This document shows, one piece after another, positions 1 to 11,905 of a DNA stretch of 64,000 bases. The stretch comes from Desulfobacteraceae bacterium (lineage in GTDB: Bacteria > Desulfobacterota > Desulfobacteria > Desulfobacterales > JAABSP01). The position numbers and the translations under genes are program-made. Below the pieces are notes generated by a model. The model was not told the DNA's origin. It made no database searches and saw only the letters and a program-made list of their open reading frames with translations. Location of the stretch: the NCBI GenBank assembly GCA_011390065.1, contig JAABTD010000006.1:16-64015 (forward strand), written 5' to 3'. Each line of letters begins with the position of its first letter. Position 1 is the first letter of the stretch.

Positions 1-1
1 G

Positions 2-871
2 AACAACAAAACCGCCCCGGATTATGGAAATGCCTACAACAACCTGTCGTATTATTTCGGCCCGTTCCACCGGGCCCATGTGGTGGATGCGTTTTTGGCG
101 GGCCACGACGACCTGTCTTTTGAAGCAGTGCGGGACCTGGCCCTCGACATCGCAACCACCGATTCCTTCGGCCGGGGCGGCAACCCCTGGAATTTTGTCT
201 CCGGTGTCTTTTCGGATGCGGCGGCTGCCGCGTCCACGCCGGAACGCGACGCGGCCCTGGCGATGCTGGCGGAATGGGACGGGCATTTCGTGGCCGGCGG
301 CCCGGATTACTGGGTGGACGGCGCCGACCGGGCCGACGCCTGGATGCTCATGGACGCCTGGCTCCGGGAAACCCTGCGTCTGGTTTTCGAGGACGAGCTG
401 GGCGCCCAACTCTATGATCAACAGCCGGAAGCCCTGCTGTTCAACGTCTTTTTACGGGAGGTGCGGCCCGATCTCTCGGCCCTGTCCAATGGATACGACT
501 GGATGAGCAATTTTGCCGACGACGCCGCGCCCCAAACCGCGGACGCCGTCATCGTCCAGGCCCTGGACAACACCCTGGCCGACCTGGGGCAACGGCCCTG
601 GGGGGAAGGGGAGCGGGGAGTCATCGCCTACGAGCATGACCTTATCGGACAGGTCCATGAAACGCCCTTCGCCTCCCGGTCCACCTATGCCCATTGCGTG
701 GCGTTCGACGCGGCCGGCCCGACCCGGATCGAAAGCATGTTTCCCCTGGGGCAGTCCGGCGACATCCGCATGGGGGTGGACGGCGCGCCTGTTTTCGATG
801 AACATTTTTTCAGCATGACGCCGCTGTTTGACGCCTTTGCCCACCGGGCCTTTCCGGTGTTCGAGCCCTGA
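2..871 (+). CDS. Penicillin/AHL acylase-family (Ntn hydrolase) protein, C-terminal fragment; 5' end lies outside the window
   Basis: The frame is open from nt 2 (NNKTAPDYGNAYN...) into the listed 80..871 ORF. The C-terminal FPLGQSGD segment and overall layout resemble penicillin-acylase-family ends. The call rests on motif memory only. Confidence 0.55.
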   Translation, partial: NNKTAPDYGNAYNNLSYYFGPFHRAHVVDAFLAGHDDLSFEAVRDLALDIATTDSFGRGGNPWNFVSGVFSDAAAAASTPERDAALAMLAEWDGHFVAGGPDYWVDGADRADAWMLMDAWLRETLRLVFEDELGAQLYDQQPEALLFNVFLREVRPDLSALSNGYDWMSNFADDAAPQTADAVIVQALDNTLADLGQRPWGEGERGVIAYEHDLIGQVHETPFASRSTYAHCVAFDAAGPTRIESMFPLGQSGDIRMGVDGAPVFDEHFFSMTPLFDAFAHRAFPVFEP

Positions 872-939
872 TGCGATTGTCCAAAACGCACCTCCCTGCC
901 GGGCGCTTCCGAGCGCCCTTCAGGGCGGTTCCTCTATTT

Positions 940-961
940 GCCGGGGGATTTATTCCCCGGC
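940..961. terminator. GC hairpin between convergent acylase and purQ genes (possible bidirectional terminator)
   Basis: gccgggg-gatttatt-ccccggc. A second hairpin gggcgc-ttccga-gcgccc lies at 901..918. There is no clean T-run. Confidence 0.25.
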
Positions 962-1050
962 ATCCGGGGGCCGACGTCTCCCGGTGGATATGGCATGCCT
1001 GAAGTCTCGGCGCCGCCTTTTTAGAAATCCCCTCGCGGTGATGATGGGCG

Positions 1051-1863
1051 CTATTGGCTTCTCAGATAATTTACGGCGTTTTCAAACAACCGGGTCCCCA
1101 ACATCATCTCCGCCGTCCATCCCGCACCGCCCTTTTGGGCTCGCATGCGCGTCCAGTCCGGATGATTCGTCGGATGGTGATACGCCTCCGGATGCGGCAT
1201 CAGCCCGAACACCCGTCCCGTGGGATCGCAGATTCCCGCGATGTCGTTGACCGATCCGTTGGGGTTGGCGGGAAAGTTCCCGCCGGCCGGATGGCCGTTT
1301 GCCAACGCGTATTGGAGCACCACCTGCTTGTCCGCGGCCAGCCGGTCGATGGCGGTTTCTTCAGCATAAAATTTGCCTTCGCCGTGTCGGATCGGAAGTT
1401 CCATTTGGTCCAGGCCTTTTGTAAAGACGCAGGGGGTGTCGGGGTTGACCTTGAGATGGACCCAGTCGTCCCTGAAATTGCCGCAATCGTTTGCGATCAA
1501 TGCAACCGAGCGCTGTCGGTAGTCGTTGTCGAAACCGGGGAGAAGCCCCAGGTTGACCAGGGTCTGGAATCCGTTGCAGATGCCCAGAATCAGATTCCCC
1601 TTTTCAATGAACCGGATCAGATCCTCTCCGATATGGGTGCGCATCCGGACCGCCTGGATCACCCCCGCGCCGTGATCGTCGGCCCAGCTGAAGCCGCCGA
1701 TGAAGACCATGATCTGGAAATCGTCCAGAGACGCCGATCCGTCGATCAGGGCGTTGATATGGATTCGCGTTGCGTTGGCCCCGGCCAGTTCCAGGGCATG
1801 GGCGGTTTCATGGTCGCAGTTGAGGCCGTAGCCGGTCAATACCAGCGCGTGAATGTGTTTCAT
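1051..1863 (-). CDS. purQ: Phosphoribosylformylglycinamidine synthase I, glutaminase subunit
   Basis: 270 aa. It has a class I glutamine amidotransferase layout with the nucleophile elbow LGICNGFQ and the downstream HGEG segment. It sits directly downstream of purL. Confidence 0.9.
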   Translation of the reverse strand: MKHIHALVLTGYGLNCDHETAHALELAGANATRIHINALIDGSASLDDFQIMVFIGGFSWADDHGAGVIQAVRMRTHIGEDLIRFIEKGNLILGICNGFQTLVNLGLLPGFDNDYRQRSVALIANDCGNFRDDWVHLKVNPDTPCVFTKGLDQMELPIRHGEGKFYAEETAIDRLAADKQVVLQYALANGHPAGGNFPANPNGSVNDIAGICDPTGRVFGLMPHPEAYHHPTNHPDWTRMRAQKGGAGWTAEMMLGTRLFENAVNYLRSQ

Positions 1864-1881
1864 GGATCGATGCCTTTGTGT

Positions 1882-4875
1882 TTATAATCCGGAAAACGGC
1901 GCTTTCCACGCCGCCTTCAGGTCGTCTGTTGCAACGTCGATGATCCGGTTGCCGCCGGTTCCATCGATGCGCACCCTTCCGTCTCCCGTCACTTCTCCGA
2001 CCTGCGCGAGGGGCAGACCGTCAAACAGGCGTTCAACGTCGTTCCCGTTTTTCGCATTCAGGGTCATGATGAACCGGCCCGCCGATTCCGAAAACAGCAG
2101 GGCGTCGTCCCGGTCCACCCCTTCCGACGGGATGGCGGACAGATCGATGGTCATTCCCAGATTGCCGGCCATGGCGACCAGCGCCAGGTGGACCCCCAGA
2201 CCGCCCCGGTAAACCCCGTGGACCGACGCCGCCAGCCCTTCTTTGATGCAATGGGCCATGGCCCGGTACAGGGCTGAAAAGTCCCGGGGTCTCACCCGGG
2301 GCGCGTTCAATCCGATGTACCCGAAGCGGGCGTAATATTCCGACCCGCCCAGTTCATTGCGGGTGACGCCCGCGACATAGACCCGGTCGCCCGCTGTTTT
2401 GGCGTCCATGGTCGCGCACCGGTGGACGTTTTCCACCACGCCGACGGCTGAAAACTGGAGCGTTTCCAGGGCCGACACCTTGTGGGTTTCACCGTATCGG
2501 CCCGGCAGGTGGCCGTCCACATACATGCTGTCCTTACCCGAGAGGAGCGGTATGGCGTAGGCCAGGCAGATGTCCTTGAGGGCGCGGCAGGACCGCACCA
2601 GTTGGGCCGCCTTGAACTTGCCGTCGGGGTTTCCGACCGGGTGGTGCTGAATGTTCGGCCAGCAGAAATTGTCCACGCCGCCGATGTGGTCCGGGTCGCC
2701 GCCCACGGCGATGAGCCGGCGTACGGCTTCGTCGATGGTGCAGGCCGTCATGTGATGCGCATCGATGGCCGAATAAAACGGCAGGAGGGCCTGGGAAAAG
2801 GCCAGACCCCTTTCTGAAGAGAGCACGGGCCGGATGACGGCGCCGTCCGACGGCGCATCCCGATCCACGCCCACCAGCGGCTTGATCACGCTGGTTCCCT
2901 GCACTTCGTGGTCGTACTGTCGGGTGATCCACTCCCTGGAACAGAGATTGGGTCGGGCCAGCAGGTCCGTCAGCAGGGCGCCGTAGTCCCTGGGCGGGCT
3001 GAGCACCGGTTCCGCCAGCCCGCGGCGCTCGGGGGGCTGCCACTCGGCGTCGAATTCCCACTGGGGGAAACCGGAGGCGAGGAGGCTTAAATCGACGTGG
3101 GCGCAGGTTTTTCCGGCGTAAGTGATGTGGAGCTTGCCCGAATCGGTGTAGCGCCCGATCACGGTGCTCTCCACGGCGTGTTTCCGCGACAGGGCCATGA
3201 ACCGGTCCAGGTCCGCGGGCCGGATGGCTACGGTCATCCGCTCCTGGGATTCCGAGATCCAGATCTCCCATTGATCCAGACCTTCGTATTTGAGAGGGAC
3301 CGCCTCGAGTGCGATCTCGCATCCATTCGAAAACATGGCCGATTCCCCCACCGAGGAGGAAAGGCCGCCGCCGCCGTTGTCGGTGATGAACCGGATCAAT
3401 CCCTCGTCCCGGGCCTCCAGCAGGAAATCGTGCATCTTCTTCTGGGTGTAAGGGTCGCCGATCTGGACATGGCCGGCCGGGGTGTGTTTGGAAAAGACCT
3501 CGGAAGAGGCGGTGACGCCGTGAATGCCGTCTTTTCCCACCCGGCCGCCGCACATGATGACCAGATCGCCGGGTTCGGTGGTTTTCAGCTCGGCCGGTTT
3601 CCCTTGAATCGCCGCGGGCATGATGCCCAGGGCGGTGACGAAAACCAGGCATTTGCCCAGATAGCCGGGGTGAAACAGCACCTGCCCGAAAGGCGTCGGG
3701 ATGCCGCTTTTGTTGCCGCCGTCCCGGACTCCTTCAATGACGCCGTCCAGGAGCCGGCGGGGATGGAGGCGCGGGGACAGTTCGCCGTCGTAGTCCCGGG
3801 GGCCCACGCAGTAGCCGTAAGATCCCATGATCAGTTTGGCGCCTTTGCCGGCGCCCAGCGGGTCGCGGTAGACGCCCACAATGCCGGTGATGGCCCCGCC
3901 GTAAGCCTCCATGTTGGAGGGGGAGTTGTGGGTTTCCCCGGTGATCACGTAATAATGGTCGTCGTCGAAACGGCCCGCGCCCGCGTTGTCCCACAGCACC
4001 GAGACTACCCAATCCTTCTGCTCTTTCAGGTGAAGCGTTGGGGACTTGATGCAGGTGTCGAACAGATTGTCGATGACCTCCACCGGTCCGTCGGGGGTTT
4101 CCCGGTACCGGAACAAGCCCTGGAAGGTGTTGTGGTTGCAGTGGTCGCTGCGGGCCTGGGAGATGTATTCCAGTTCGATGTCCGTGGGATCGGACAGGCC
4201 CATGGCGGCCCGGTCCGACTGCACGGTTTGATCGAGGAAATAGGCCCGGATGGTGGGAATGTCGGCGGGATTGAGGGCCAGGTTCCGCTGGTCGCTGACC
4301 CGTCTCAGAACATCGTCGCTGTCGATGGGGACCGTCGTCACCGTCGGCGTATGATTCAGCATCACCTTGGGGATGATGAGGCCGATGCCCTCTTCCGGAT
4401 GCCAGTCGTCTCCTGAAAAGATCCGCCATTGCTGGATGATGTCGTTGGCCAGCAGCTCTCCCGCGATGGTTTCCGCGTCCGCCCGGGTCAGATGGTCGGA
4501 CCGGATGCCATAACGGCGGGAAGTGTAGATCGACTCGCCCGGGGCGAATTTGACGCCCAGAACATCTTCCACCGCTTCGATGGCGGTGGCCCCTGCATTG
4601 TCCCGCACCCCCGGCCGGTAGCCCACCCAGATGATCCAGTCGAAGGGGACCGGCAGCGGTGAATACGAGGATGTCTGGGTCACCGGATTGGTGAAGATCT
4701 CCGTCCGGATGGTTTCCAGCTGCTCGTCCGACAGCGGTTTGTCGATGGTCAGCACATGGACGGTGCGGACGGCGGCGAGGTTCAGTCCGAAATAGGCCCC
4801 GGCCTTTTTAAGAAGGCCTTCGCCCTCGGGGTCGGGAATGGCGGCGTTCAATGTGATTTCGAGTCGGTTCGGCAT
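1882..4875 (-). CDS. purL: Phosphoribosylformylglycinamidine synthase II with fused N-terminal PurS-like domain (PurS-PurL)
   Basis: 997 aa. An N-terminal PurS-like segment of about 80 aa (MPNRLEITLN...VRTVHVLTIDKPL) precedes PurL AIR-synthase-like repeats (GETHNSPS, DNGGGGLSS). Confidence 0.9.
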   Translation of the reverse strand: MPNRLEITLNAAIPDPEGEGLLKKAGAYFGLNLAAVRTVHVLTIDKPLSDEQLETIRTEIFTNPVTQTSSYSPLPVPFDWIIWVGYRPGVRDNAGATAIEAVEDVLGVKFAPGESIYTSRRYGIRSDHLTRADAETIAGELLANDIIQQWRIFSGDDWHPEEGIGLIIPKVMLNHTPTVTTVPIDSDDVLRRVSDQRNLALNPADIPTIRAYFLDQTVQSDRAAMGLSDPTDIELEYISQARSDHCNHNTFQGLFRYRETPDGPVEVIDNLFDTCIKSPTLHLKEQKDWVVSVLWDNAGAGRFDDDHYYVITGETHNSPSNMEAYGGAITGIVGVYRDPLGAGKGAKLIMGSYGYCVGPRDYDGELSPRLHPRRLLDGVIEGVRDGGNKSGIPTPFGQVLFHPGYLGKCLVFVTALGIMPAAIQGKPAELKTTEPGDLVIMCGGRVGKDGIHGVTASSEVFSKHTPAGHVQIGDPYTQKKMHDFLLEARDEGLIRFITDNGGGGLSSSVGESAMFSNGCEIALEAVPLKYEGLDQWEIWISESQERMTVAIRPADLDRFMALSRKHAVESTVIGRYTDSGKLHITYAGKTCAHVDLSLLASGFPQWEFDAEWQPPERRGLAEPVLSPPRDYGALLTDLLARPNLCSREWITRQYDHEVQGTSVIKPLVGVDRDAPSDGAVIRPVLSSERGLAFSQALLPFYSAIDAHHMTACTIDEAVRRLIAVGGDPDHIGGVDNFCWPNIQHHPVGNPDGKFKAAQLVRSCRALKDICLAYAIPLLSGKDSMYVDGHLPGRYGETHKVSALETLQFSAVGVVENVHRCATMDAKTAGDRVYVAGVTRNELGGSEYYARFGYIGLNAPRVRPRDFSALYRAMAHCIKEGLAASVHGVYRGGLGVHLALVAMAGNLGMTIDLSAIPSEGVDRDDALLFSESAGRFIMTLNAKNGNDVERLFDGLPLAQVGEVTGDGRVRIDGTGGNRIIDVATDDLKAAWKAPFSGL

Positions 4876-4919
4876 CGGCTTTTTCCATGATGTGTTTCAA
4901 TGAAGGTTTTTATGGTTTT

Positions 4920-4947
4920 TATATAACCAAAGTGCATTCCGCGTCAA
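4920..4947 (-). promoter_or_regulatory. Sigma70-like promoter candidate for purL-purQ
   Basis: On the minus strand: TTGACG, 16 nt spacer, TATATA, about 45 nt upstream of the purL ATG. Confidence 0.35.
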
Positions 4948-5049
4948 CCGCCATGGCGCGGGGGGTTCCACAGCGTCTGACGTTGGCGGGGAATGCGGGG
5001 TGGATCGCGAGCGGATGGAAAGGGAAGGTAGAAGAAGACGTGCGATCTG

Positions 5050-5094
5050 AAAACCCGCCGTAAACTTCAAAAGAGGCGTTTCACGGCGGGTTTT
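5050..5094 (-). terminator. Intrinsic terminator downstream of rseP
   Basis: Perfect 12-nt inverted repeat AAAACCCGCCGT...ACGGCGGGTTTT, with a GC stem followed by TTTT on the minus strand. The loop is long, about 21 nt. Confidence 0.5.
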
Positions 5095-5125
5095 CACGCT
5101 GCGGGCGCAGGCTCAGGGCCCTTGA

Positions 5126-6193
5126 TCAGCTGGTCAGAATCCGGACAATATCGTTATAGAAGACAAAAATCATCAACATCATCAGCACGAACAGCCCGGC
5201 CTGTTGGGCGATTTCCCGGAAGCGGGTGTTGACCGGTCGGCCGGTGACGAGTTCGATGCAGAAGAACAAGAGATGGCCGCCGTCGAGCACCGGGATGGGC
5301 AGGATGTTGAGGATGGCCAGGTTGACGCTCAAAAGCGCAATGAGAAAGATCAGGTTGGACATGCCTTCCCGGGCCTGCTCTCCGGCCATCTGGGCGATCA
5401 TGATGGGGCCGCCCAGCGTGTCGGTGGAAAGGGTCCCCCGGATCAGTTTGGCGATGCTCACCACCGTCAGTTCGGCGACCCGGTAGGTTTGCACGATGCT
5501 CTGGCCCATGGATTCGAAGAGGCCCATTTCCTCTGTAAAATACGCTCCGCCCGCCGTGATGCCGATGACCCGCCGCTGGACATCCTCTCCGAAGATGTTC
5601 TGGGTGGTGGTCATCTTCGAGGCGATTTCGGTTTCAAAGGTTTCTCCGTTGCGGCGGATGCGCACCCGCACCGGCTGGCCGTCGCTTTCTTTGATCAGTT
5701 GAGACATGGCGTCCCAGGTCTTGACCTCGCGGCCGTTGACGGCCGTGATCCGATCGCCTTCCCGGAGGCCCGCCGCCGCCGCCGGCATTTCTTCCTGCAC
5801 GGATCCGATCACGGGTTCGAGAACGTAGCGGCCGGATGCCATGAACAGGAGAAAAAAGATCAGGACCGCCAGAAGAATGTTGAAGGCCGGTCCGGCGGCC
5901 ACGATCATGATCCGCTTCAATACATGTTTGTGGGTGAAGGAATAGGGGATGTCCTCTGGGGCGATCTCGGCATCCGGCTCTTCCCCCACCATTTTAACAT
6001 AGCCGCCCAGGGGGATGGCCGACAGGCGATAATCGGTCCGTCCCACGGTGCGGCCGAAGATGCGGGGACCGAATCCGAGGGAAAACTTTTCCACCCCCAC
6101 CCCGAAGAATTTGGCCAGCAGGAAATGACCCAGTTCGTGGAAAAAGATCAGGACGCCCAGTACAACGACAAATGCAAGAATACTGCTGCTCAT
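5126..6193 (-). CDS. rseP: RIP zinc metalloprotease RseP (site-2 protease)
   Basis: HELGH zinc motif (FFHELGHFLLAK), a central PDZ-like segment and the C-terminal LPIPVLDGGHL motif. It occupies the conserved position after dxr. Confidence 0.85.
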   Translation of the reverse strand: MSSSILAFVVVLGVLIFFHELGHFLLAKFFGVGVEKFSLGFGPRIFGRTVGRTDYRLSAIPLGGYVKMVGEEPDAEIAPEDIPYSFTHKHVLKRIMIVAAGPAFNILLAVLIFFLLFMASGRYVLEPVIGSVQEEMPAAAAGLREGDRITAVNGREVKTWDAMSQLIKESDGQPVRVRIRRNGETFETEIASKMTTTQNIFGEDVQRRVIGITAGGAYFTEEMGLFESMGQSIVQTYRVAELTVVSIAKLIRGTLSTDTLGGPIMIAQMAGEQAREGMSNLIFLIALLSVNLAILNILPIPVLDGGHLLFFCIELVTGRPVNTRFREIAQQAGLFVLMMLMIFVFYNDIVRILTS

Positions 6194-6209
6194 AAGAAAT
6201 TACCTGTTT

Positions 6210-7385
6210 TTATAAAACGCTTTCCGCACGTTCGTCGATCCGGTCCTGAAGGAAGGACCGGGCCCATTCATCGGCGGATAGGATGTCGGATAAATCCGGG
6301 TCGCTCACGCAGGAGGCGGCTTCCATGGCCTGGGCGATGAGCGCCGGTATGTCTGTAAAACGGATCTTGTCGTTTAAAAATGCCGCCACCGCCGCTTCAT
6401 TGGCGCCGTTGAGCACCGCCGGCAGGACGCCGCCGGCCCGACAGGCCCGGAAGGCCAGGTCAAGGCAGGGGAAGCGGTCGTGATCCGGGGCTTCGAAGGC
6501 GAGGCGGCCCAGGGCGAAAAAATCGGGGCAGGCCAGTCCGATGGGCAACCGCTCGGGCCAGGAGAACGCATAGGCGATGGCCCCTTTCATGTCGGGGACG
6601 CCCATCTGGGCGATGACCGATCCGTCCCGGAAGCCGACCATGGAGTGGACGATGCTCTCGGGGTGGACCACCACCGTGATGGCGTCCGGGAGCGTTTCGA
6701 ACAGATGGACCGCTTCGATGACCTCCAGCCCCTTGTTCATCATGGTGGCCGAATCGATGGTGATCTTGTCGCCCATGGACCAGTTGGGGTGCTTGAGGGC
6801 GTCGGCGGGTTTGATGCGGTCGAAGCGTTCGCGAGGCGTTGTCCGGAAGGGACCGCCCGAAGCGGTCAGAAAAATCCGGTCCACATCCTCCCGCCTCCCG
6901 GCGGCCAGGCACTGGAAGATGGCGCTGTGCTCGCTGTCCACCGGCAGAATGCGGACGCCTTTTGCGGCGGCCCGGGCCATGACCATGTCGCCGGCCATCA
7001 CCAGGGTCTCCTTGTTGGCCAGGGCGATGTCCTTGCCCGCATCAATGGCGGCGAGGGTCGGTTTCAGTCCGGCGGCGCCGACCACGGCGGTCAGCACGGT
7101 ATGCGCCTCGGCGTGGGCTGCCGCCCGGCAATAGCCTGCTTCGCCGTAGACGATCTCCACCCGGGAACGCTTCGGCAGACGGCTTTCCAGGTCCCGGGCC
7201 GCATCGGCGTCGTAGACCGCCGCAAGCTCCGGGTGAAATTCAGCGATCTGTTGCGCCAGCAGGACGGTGTTGCGCCGGGCGGTCAGGACCGGGGTCGCAA
7301 AACGGTCCGGAAACCGGCGGACGATGGCCAGGGCGTTGCGGCCGATGGATCCGGTGGATCCCAGAATGGCGAGCCGTTTGATCAT
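6210..7385 (-). CDS. dxr: 1-deoxy-D-xylulose 5-phosphate reductoisomerase
   Basis: The N-terminus MIKRLAILGSTGSIGRNAL is the NADPH-binding motif. The ATG at 7385 overlaps the cdsA stop (ATGA). The 63 aa upstream in the 454-aa ORF are Arg/Gly-rich and lie inside cdsA. Confidence 0.93.
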   Translation of the reverse strand: MIKRLAILGSTGSIGRNALAIVRRFPDRFATPVLTARRNTVLLAQQIAEFHPELAAVYDADAARDLESRLPKRSRVEIVYGEAGYCRAAAHAEAHTVLTAVVGAAGLKPTLAAIDAGKDIALANKETLVMAGDMVMARAAAKGVRILPVDSEHSAIFQCLAAGRREDVDRIFLTASGGPFRTTPRERFDRIKPADALKHPNWSMGDKITIDSATMMNKGLEVIEAVHLFETLPDAITVVVHPESIVHSMVGFRDGSVIAQMGVPDMKGAIAYAFSWPERLPIGLACPDFFALGRLAFEAPDHDRFPCLDLAFRACRAGGVLPAVLNGANEAAVAAFLNDKIRFTDIPALIAQAMEAASCVSDPDLSDILSADEWARSFLQDRIDERAESVL

Positions 7386-8200
7386 AACAGATGCACTTTG
7401 AACAGATAGGCCACCGGCGCTGCGAACAGCAGCGCGTCGATGCGGTCGAGGACGCCGCCGTGCCCCGGCAGAACCGAACCGGAATCTTTGATGCCGGAGG
7501 TCCGTTTGAGGGTGGACTCGAAGAGATCCCCCACCTGACCGGCCGCCCCGGCCAGAACGAAAAAAAGAACGCACGGGGCCCAGGGCAGGTCCGGCAGAAA
7601 CGCCATTTTAAAAAGGGATCCCGCCAGCAGATTGCCGGCGATCCCTCCGACCGCCCCTTCCACGGTTTTCCCCGGGCTGACCCTGGGACAGAGCTTGTTG
7701 CGTCCGAGATAGGAGCCCACATAATAGGCGCTGACGTCGCCGGCGAAAATAATGCACAGGAGGAAAAAGAGCCACGCCATGCCGTCGGTTTCGCCATGGG
7801 CGGGATTCCGGATCAGCACCAGCGCGCACAGGGGCAGGGCGATGTAGACCAGACCCTGGATCTGTTTGGCCGTGTTTTCGAGAATGGCGTGATCGATATC
7901 GAACTGGAAAACGGCGTAGAGGCCGCAGAAGACGAGATGGCCGGCCAGAAGCAGCAGGATCAGATCCGTCCGGCCGAAATGGCCGGCCCCGATCATGGCG
8001 GCGCCGAAGATCATGCCGCCCAGCAGAATGATTCCGGAGAGGGTCCTGCCGCCGGGGTTAAAGACGATCCGGTCGTATTCGGCCAGGGAGATGACGGCGG
8101 CGAGGCCGATGAGCAGGGTAAAGGGCGCCCCTCCCTTCACGATCAACCCGATCAGGAAGGGCAGGGCGATGAGGGCGGTTATCCATCGCTTTCGATGCAT
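7382..8200 (-). CDS. cdsA: Phosphatidate cytidylyltransferase
   Basis: Polytopic membrane protein with the C-terminal signature SGIKDSGSVLPGHGGVLDRIDALLF. Confidence 0.9.
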   Translation of the reverse strand: MHRKRWITALIALPFLIGLIVKGGAPFTLLIGLAAVISLAEYDRIVFNPGGRTLSGIILLGGMIFGAAMIGAGHFGRTDLILLLLAGHLVFCGLYAVFQFDIDHAILENTAKQIQGLVYIALPLCALVLIRNPAHGETDGMAWLFFLLCIIFAGDVSAYYVGSYLGRNKLCPRVSPGKTVEGAVGGIAGNLLAGSLFKMAFLPDLPWAPCVLFFVLAGAAGQVGDLFESTLKRTSGIKDSGSVLPGHGGVLDRIDALLFAAPVAYLFKVHLL

Positions 8201-8216
8201 GGGGGGTCCGTATCCG

Positions 8217-8931
<715 letters not shown>

Positions 8932-8942
<11 letters not shown>

Positions 8943-9489
8943 GAATCTCCTTTTCTTTCTCCCCGTAGAGGTCGTCGATTTTCTTGATGTAGTCGTCGGT
9001 GATCTTTTGGATTTCCTCCTGGGCCTTGAAGGCGTCGTCTTCGGAGATTTCCCCTTCTTTTTTTATCCCTTTCAGAAAATCGTTGGCGTCCCGACGAATG
9101 TTCCGGACGGCGACCTTGAAGTCTTCGCAGACCTTGTTGACGAGCTTGACCAGTTCTTTGCGCCGCTCTTCCGTCAGCGGCGGCACCGTAATGCGGATGA
9201 TTTTGCCGTCGGATGACGGGGTGAGCCCCAGATCGGATTTGAGGATGGCTTTTTCGATTTCCTTGATCGCCGACGCGTCCCACGGCTGTATGGTGATGAG
9301 CCGGCTTTCGGGGACCGACAGGGACGCCATCTGGTTCAGGGGGGTGGGGACGCCGTAATAGTCGGCCCGGACCCCATCCAGGAGGGACAGAGAGGCGCGT
9401 CCGGTCCGGATCCGTTTCAGCTCGTTTTTCAGGGCGATGATGGACTTGCCCATTCGATCTCTGGTTTCTTGATAGGTGGATTCGATCAT
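8932..9489 (-). CDS. frr: Ribosome recycling factor
   Basis: 185 aa, the typical RRF length, with matching sequence (LLDGVRADYYGVPTPLNQMASLSVPE) and the conserved pyrH-frr context. Confidence 0.95.
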
Positions 9490-9529
9490 GGCTGTTGCCT
9501 TGTTTAAGGTTAGCGCAGCGCCGTCGCAC

Positions 9530-10258
9530 TCACCTGTCGGCGTCGGCGTCGATCCGGGAGCCGATTTCTTCGCCGCAGATCACCCTGCGGATATTGCCGG
9601 CCCCGTTGAGGTCGAAGATGATCAGGGGCAGCCGGTTGTCCATGGCCAGGGAAATGGCGGTCATGTCCATCACCCTGAGCCGCTTTTCCAGCGCTTCCAT
9701 GTAGGTGATGCGACGAACGAAGCGGGCGTCCCGATGGGTCGCGGGGTCGGCGTCGTAAAGGCCGTCCACTTTGGTGGCCTTGAGCAGAATCTCAGCGTGG
9801 ATTTCTTGCGCCCGGAGCACCGCTGCGGTGTCGGTGGTGAAATAGGGGTTGCCGGTGCCGGCGGCGAAAATCACCACCCGGCCTTTCTCCAGATGACGGA
9901 CGGCCCGCCGGCGGATATAGGGCTCGGCCACCTCGTGCATGGAAATGGCGGTCTGGACCCGGGTCTGAATGCCGTGTTTTTCCAGCGCGTCCTGGAGGGC
10001 GATGCTGTTGATGACCGTCGCCAGCATACCCATATGATCGGCCGAACTCCGTTCCATGCCGTAGGACGAGGCGGCAATGCCCCGGAAGATATTGCCGCCC
10101 CCCACAACAATGGCCACCTCGGCGCCGAGTTCCGTGACCGCATGGAGTTCATCGGCCACATAGGTCAGCATTTTCGGGCTGATGCCGAAACCCCCGTCTC
10201 CCATGAGGGCTTCGCCGCTCAGCTTCAACAGAACCCGCCGATGCCGGAGCACCGCCAA
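9530..10258 (-). CDS. pyrH: UMP kinase
   Basis: [12 protein letters not shown]-terminus and amino-acid-kinase fold motifs ([10 protein letters not shown]). The start codon is TTG. Confidence 0.94.
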   Translation of the reverse strand: MAVLRHRRVLLKLSGEALMGDGGFGISPKMLTYVADELHAVTELGAEVAIVVGGGNIFRGIAASSYGMERSSADHMGMLATVINSIALQDALEKHGIQTRVQTAISMHEVAEPYIRRRAVRHLEKGRVVIFAAGTGNPYFTTDTAAVLRAQEIHAEILLKATKVDGLYDADPATHRDARFVRRITYMEALEKRLRVMDMTAISLAMDNRLPLIIFDLNGAGNIRRVICGEEIGSRIDADADR

Positions 10259-10261
10259 CGG

Positions 10262-10858
10262 TTATTCTCCCACCTGGAACCGGACAAATCGCCGGATGGT
10301 GATGTTTTCCCCGGTCTTGGCGATGACGTCGTTCAGGTAATCGGCCACCGTGAGGTTGGGATCTTTCACATAGGTCTGATTCATCAGGCAACTCTCTTTG
10401 AAAAATTTGTTGAGTTTGCCTTCGGCGATCTTATCGACCATCTTTTCGGGTTTTCCCATATCCAGCGCCTGGGCCCGGTAGATCTCTTTTTCTTTTTCGA
10501 GGATCTCCGCCGGCACGTCTTCGGGCACGATGCCCACCGGACTGACCGCGGCGACGTGCATGGCGATATTTCGGGCGAATTCTTTGAAATCGTCGGTTTT
10601 GGCCACAAAATCGGTTTCGCAGTTCACTTCGACCATCACGCCGATCTTGCCGCCCATGTGGATGTAGGACTCGACCACGCCTTCGCTCATGGCCCGGCCG
10701 GCCCGTTTCTGGGCAGTGGCCAACCCCTTTTTCCGAAGAAAGGCCACCGCATTATCCATATCGCCCTTGCTCTCGGCAAGGGCGGCTTTGCAATCCATGA
10801 TGCCCGCTCCGGTTTTTTCCCGGAGCTGTTTTACCATTGCTGCGCTGATATCTCCCAT
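10262..10858 (-). CDS. tsf: Translation elongation factor Ts (short 198-aa form)
   Basis: N-terminal UBA-like ISAAMVKQLREKTGAGIMDCKAAL. It sits downstream of rpsB. Confidence 0.93.
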   Translation of the reverse strand: MGDISAAMVKQLREKTGAGIMDCKAALAESKGDMDNAVAFLRKKGLATAQKRAGRAMSEGVVESYIHMGGKIGVMVEVNCETDFVAKTDDFKEFARNIAMHVAAVSPVGIVPEDVPAEILEKEKEIYRAQALDMGKPEKMVDKIAEGKLNKFFKESCLMNQTYVKDPNLTVADYLNDVIAKTGENITIRRFVRFQVGE

Positions 10859-10862
10859 CTTG

Positions 10863-11756
<894 letters not shown>

Positions 11757-11905
11757 GGGATTGTTCCTTTCTGAGGTTGGTTTTTTTCCACCGCTCCCTT
11801 CCACCCGGTCTCCAACTTTGAACCAAAGCACCCGGAAACCGGTCCGGGGGCGTGCGACATTAAAAATCTTCTTTTTCTATCAGATAATGCAAGGATATGC
11901 AAGAA

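Noticed and set aside
4876-5049. Possible purine/ZTP riboswitch upstream of purL
   Set aside because: I could not find the conserved ZTP (pfl) or purine riboswitch core sequences on the minus strand. Only a promoter-like element is present.
6210-7574. Extended N-termini in the ORF track (dxr 454 aa; also rpsB, rho, folC, ahbD, MCP, cyclase, TolC, DJ-1 and others)
   Set aside because: The extensions overlap upstream genes or are Arg/Gly/Pro-rich. Internal starts reproduce the canonical N-termini and have SD sequences or ATGA/GTGA stop-start overlaps.
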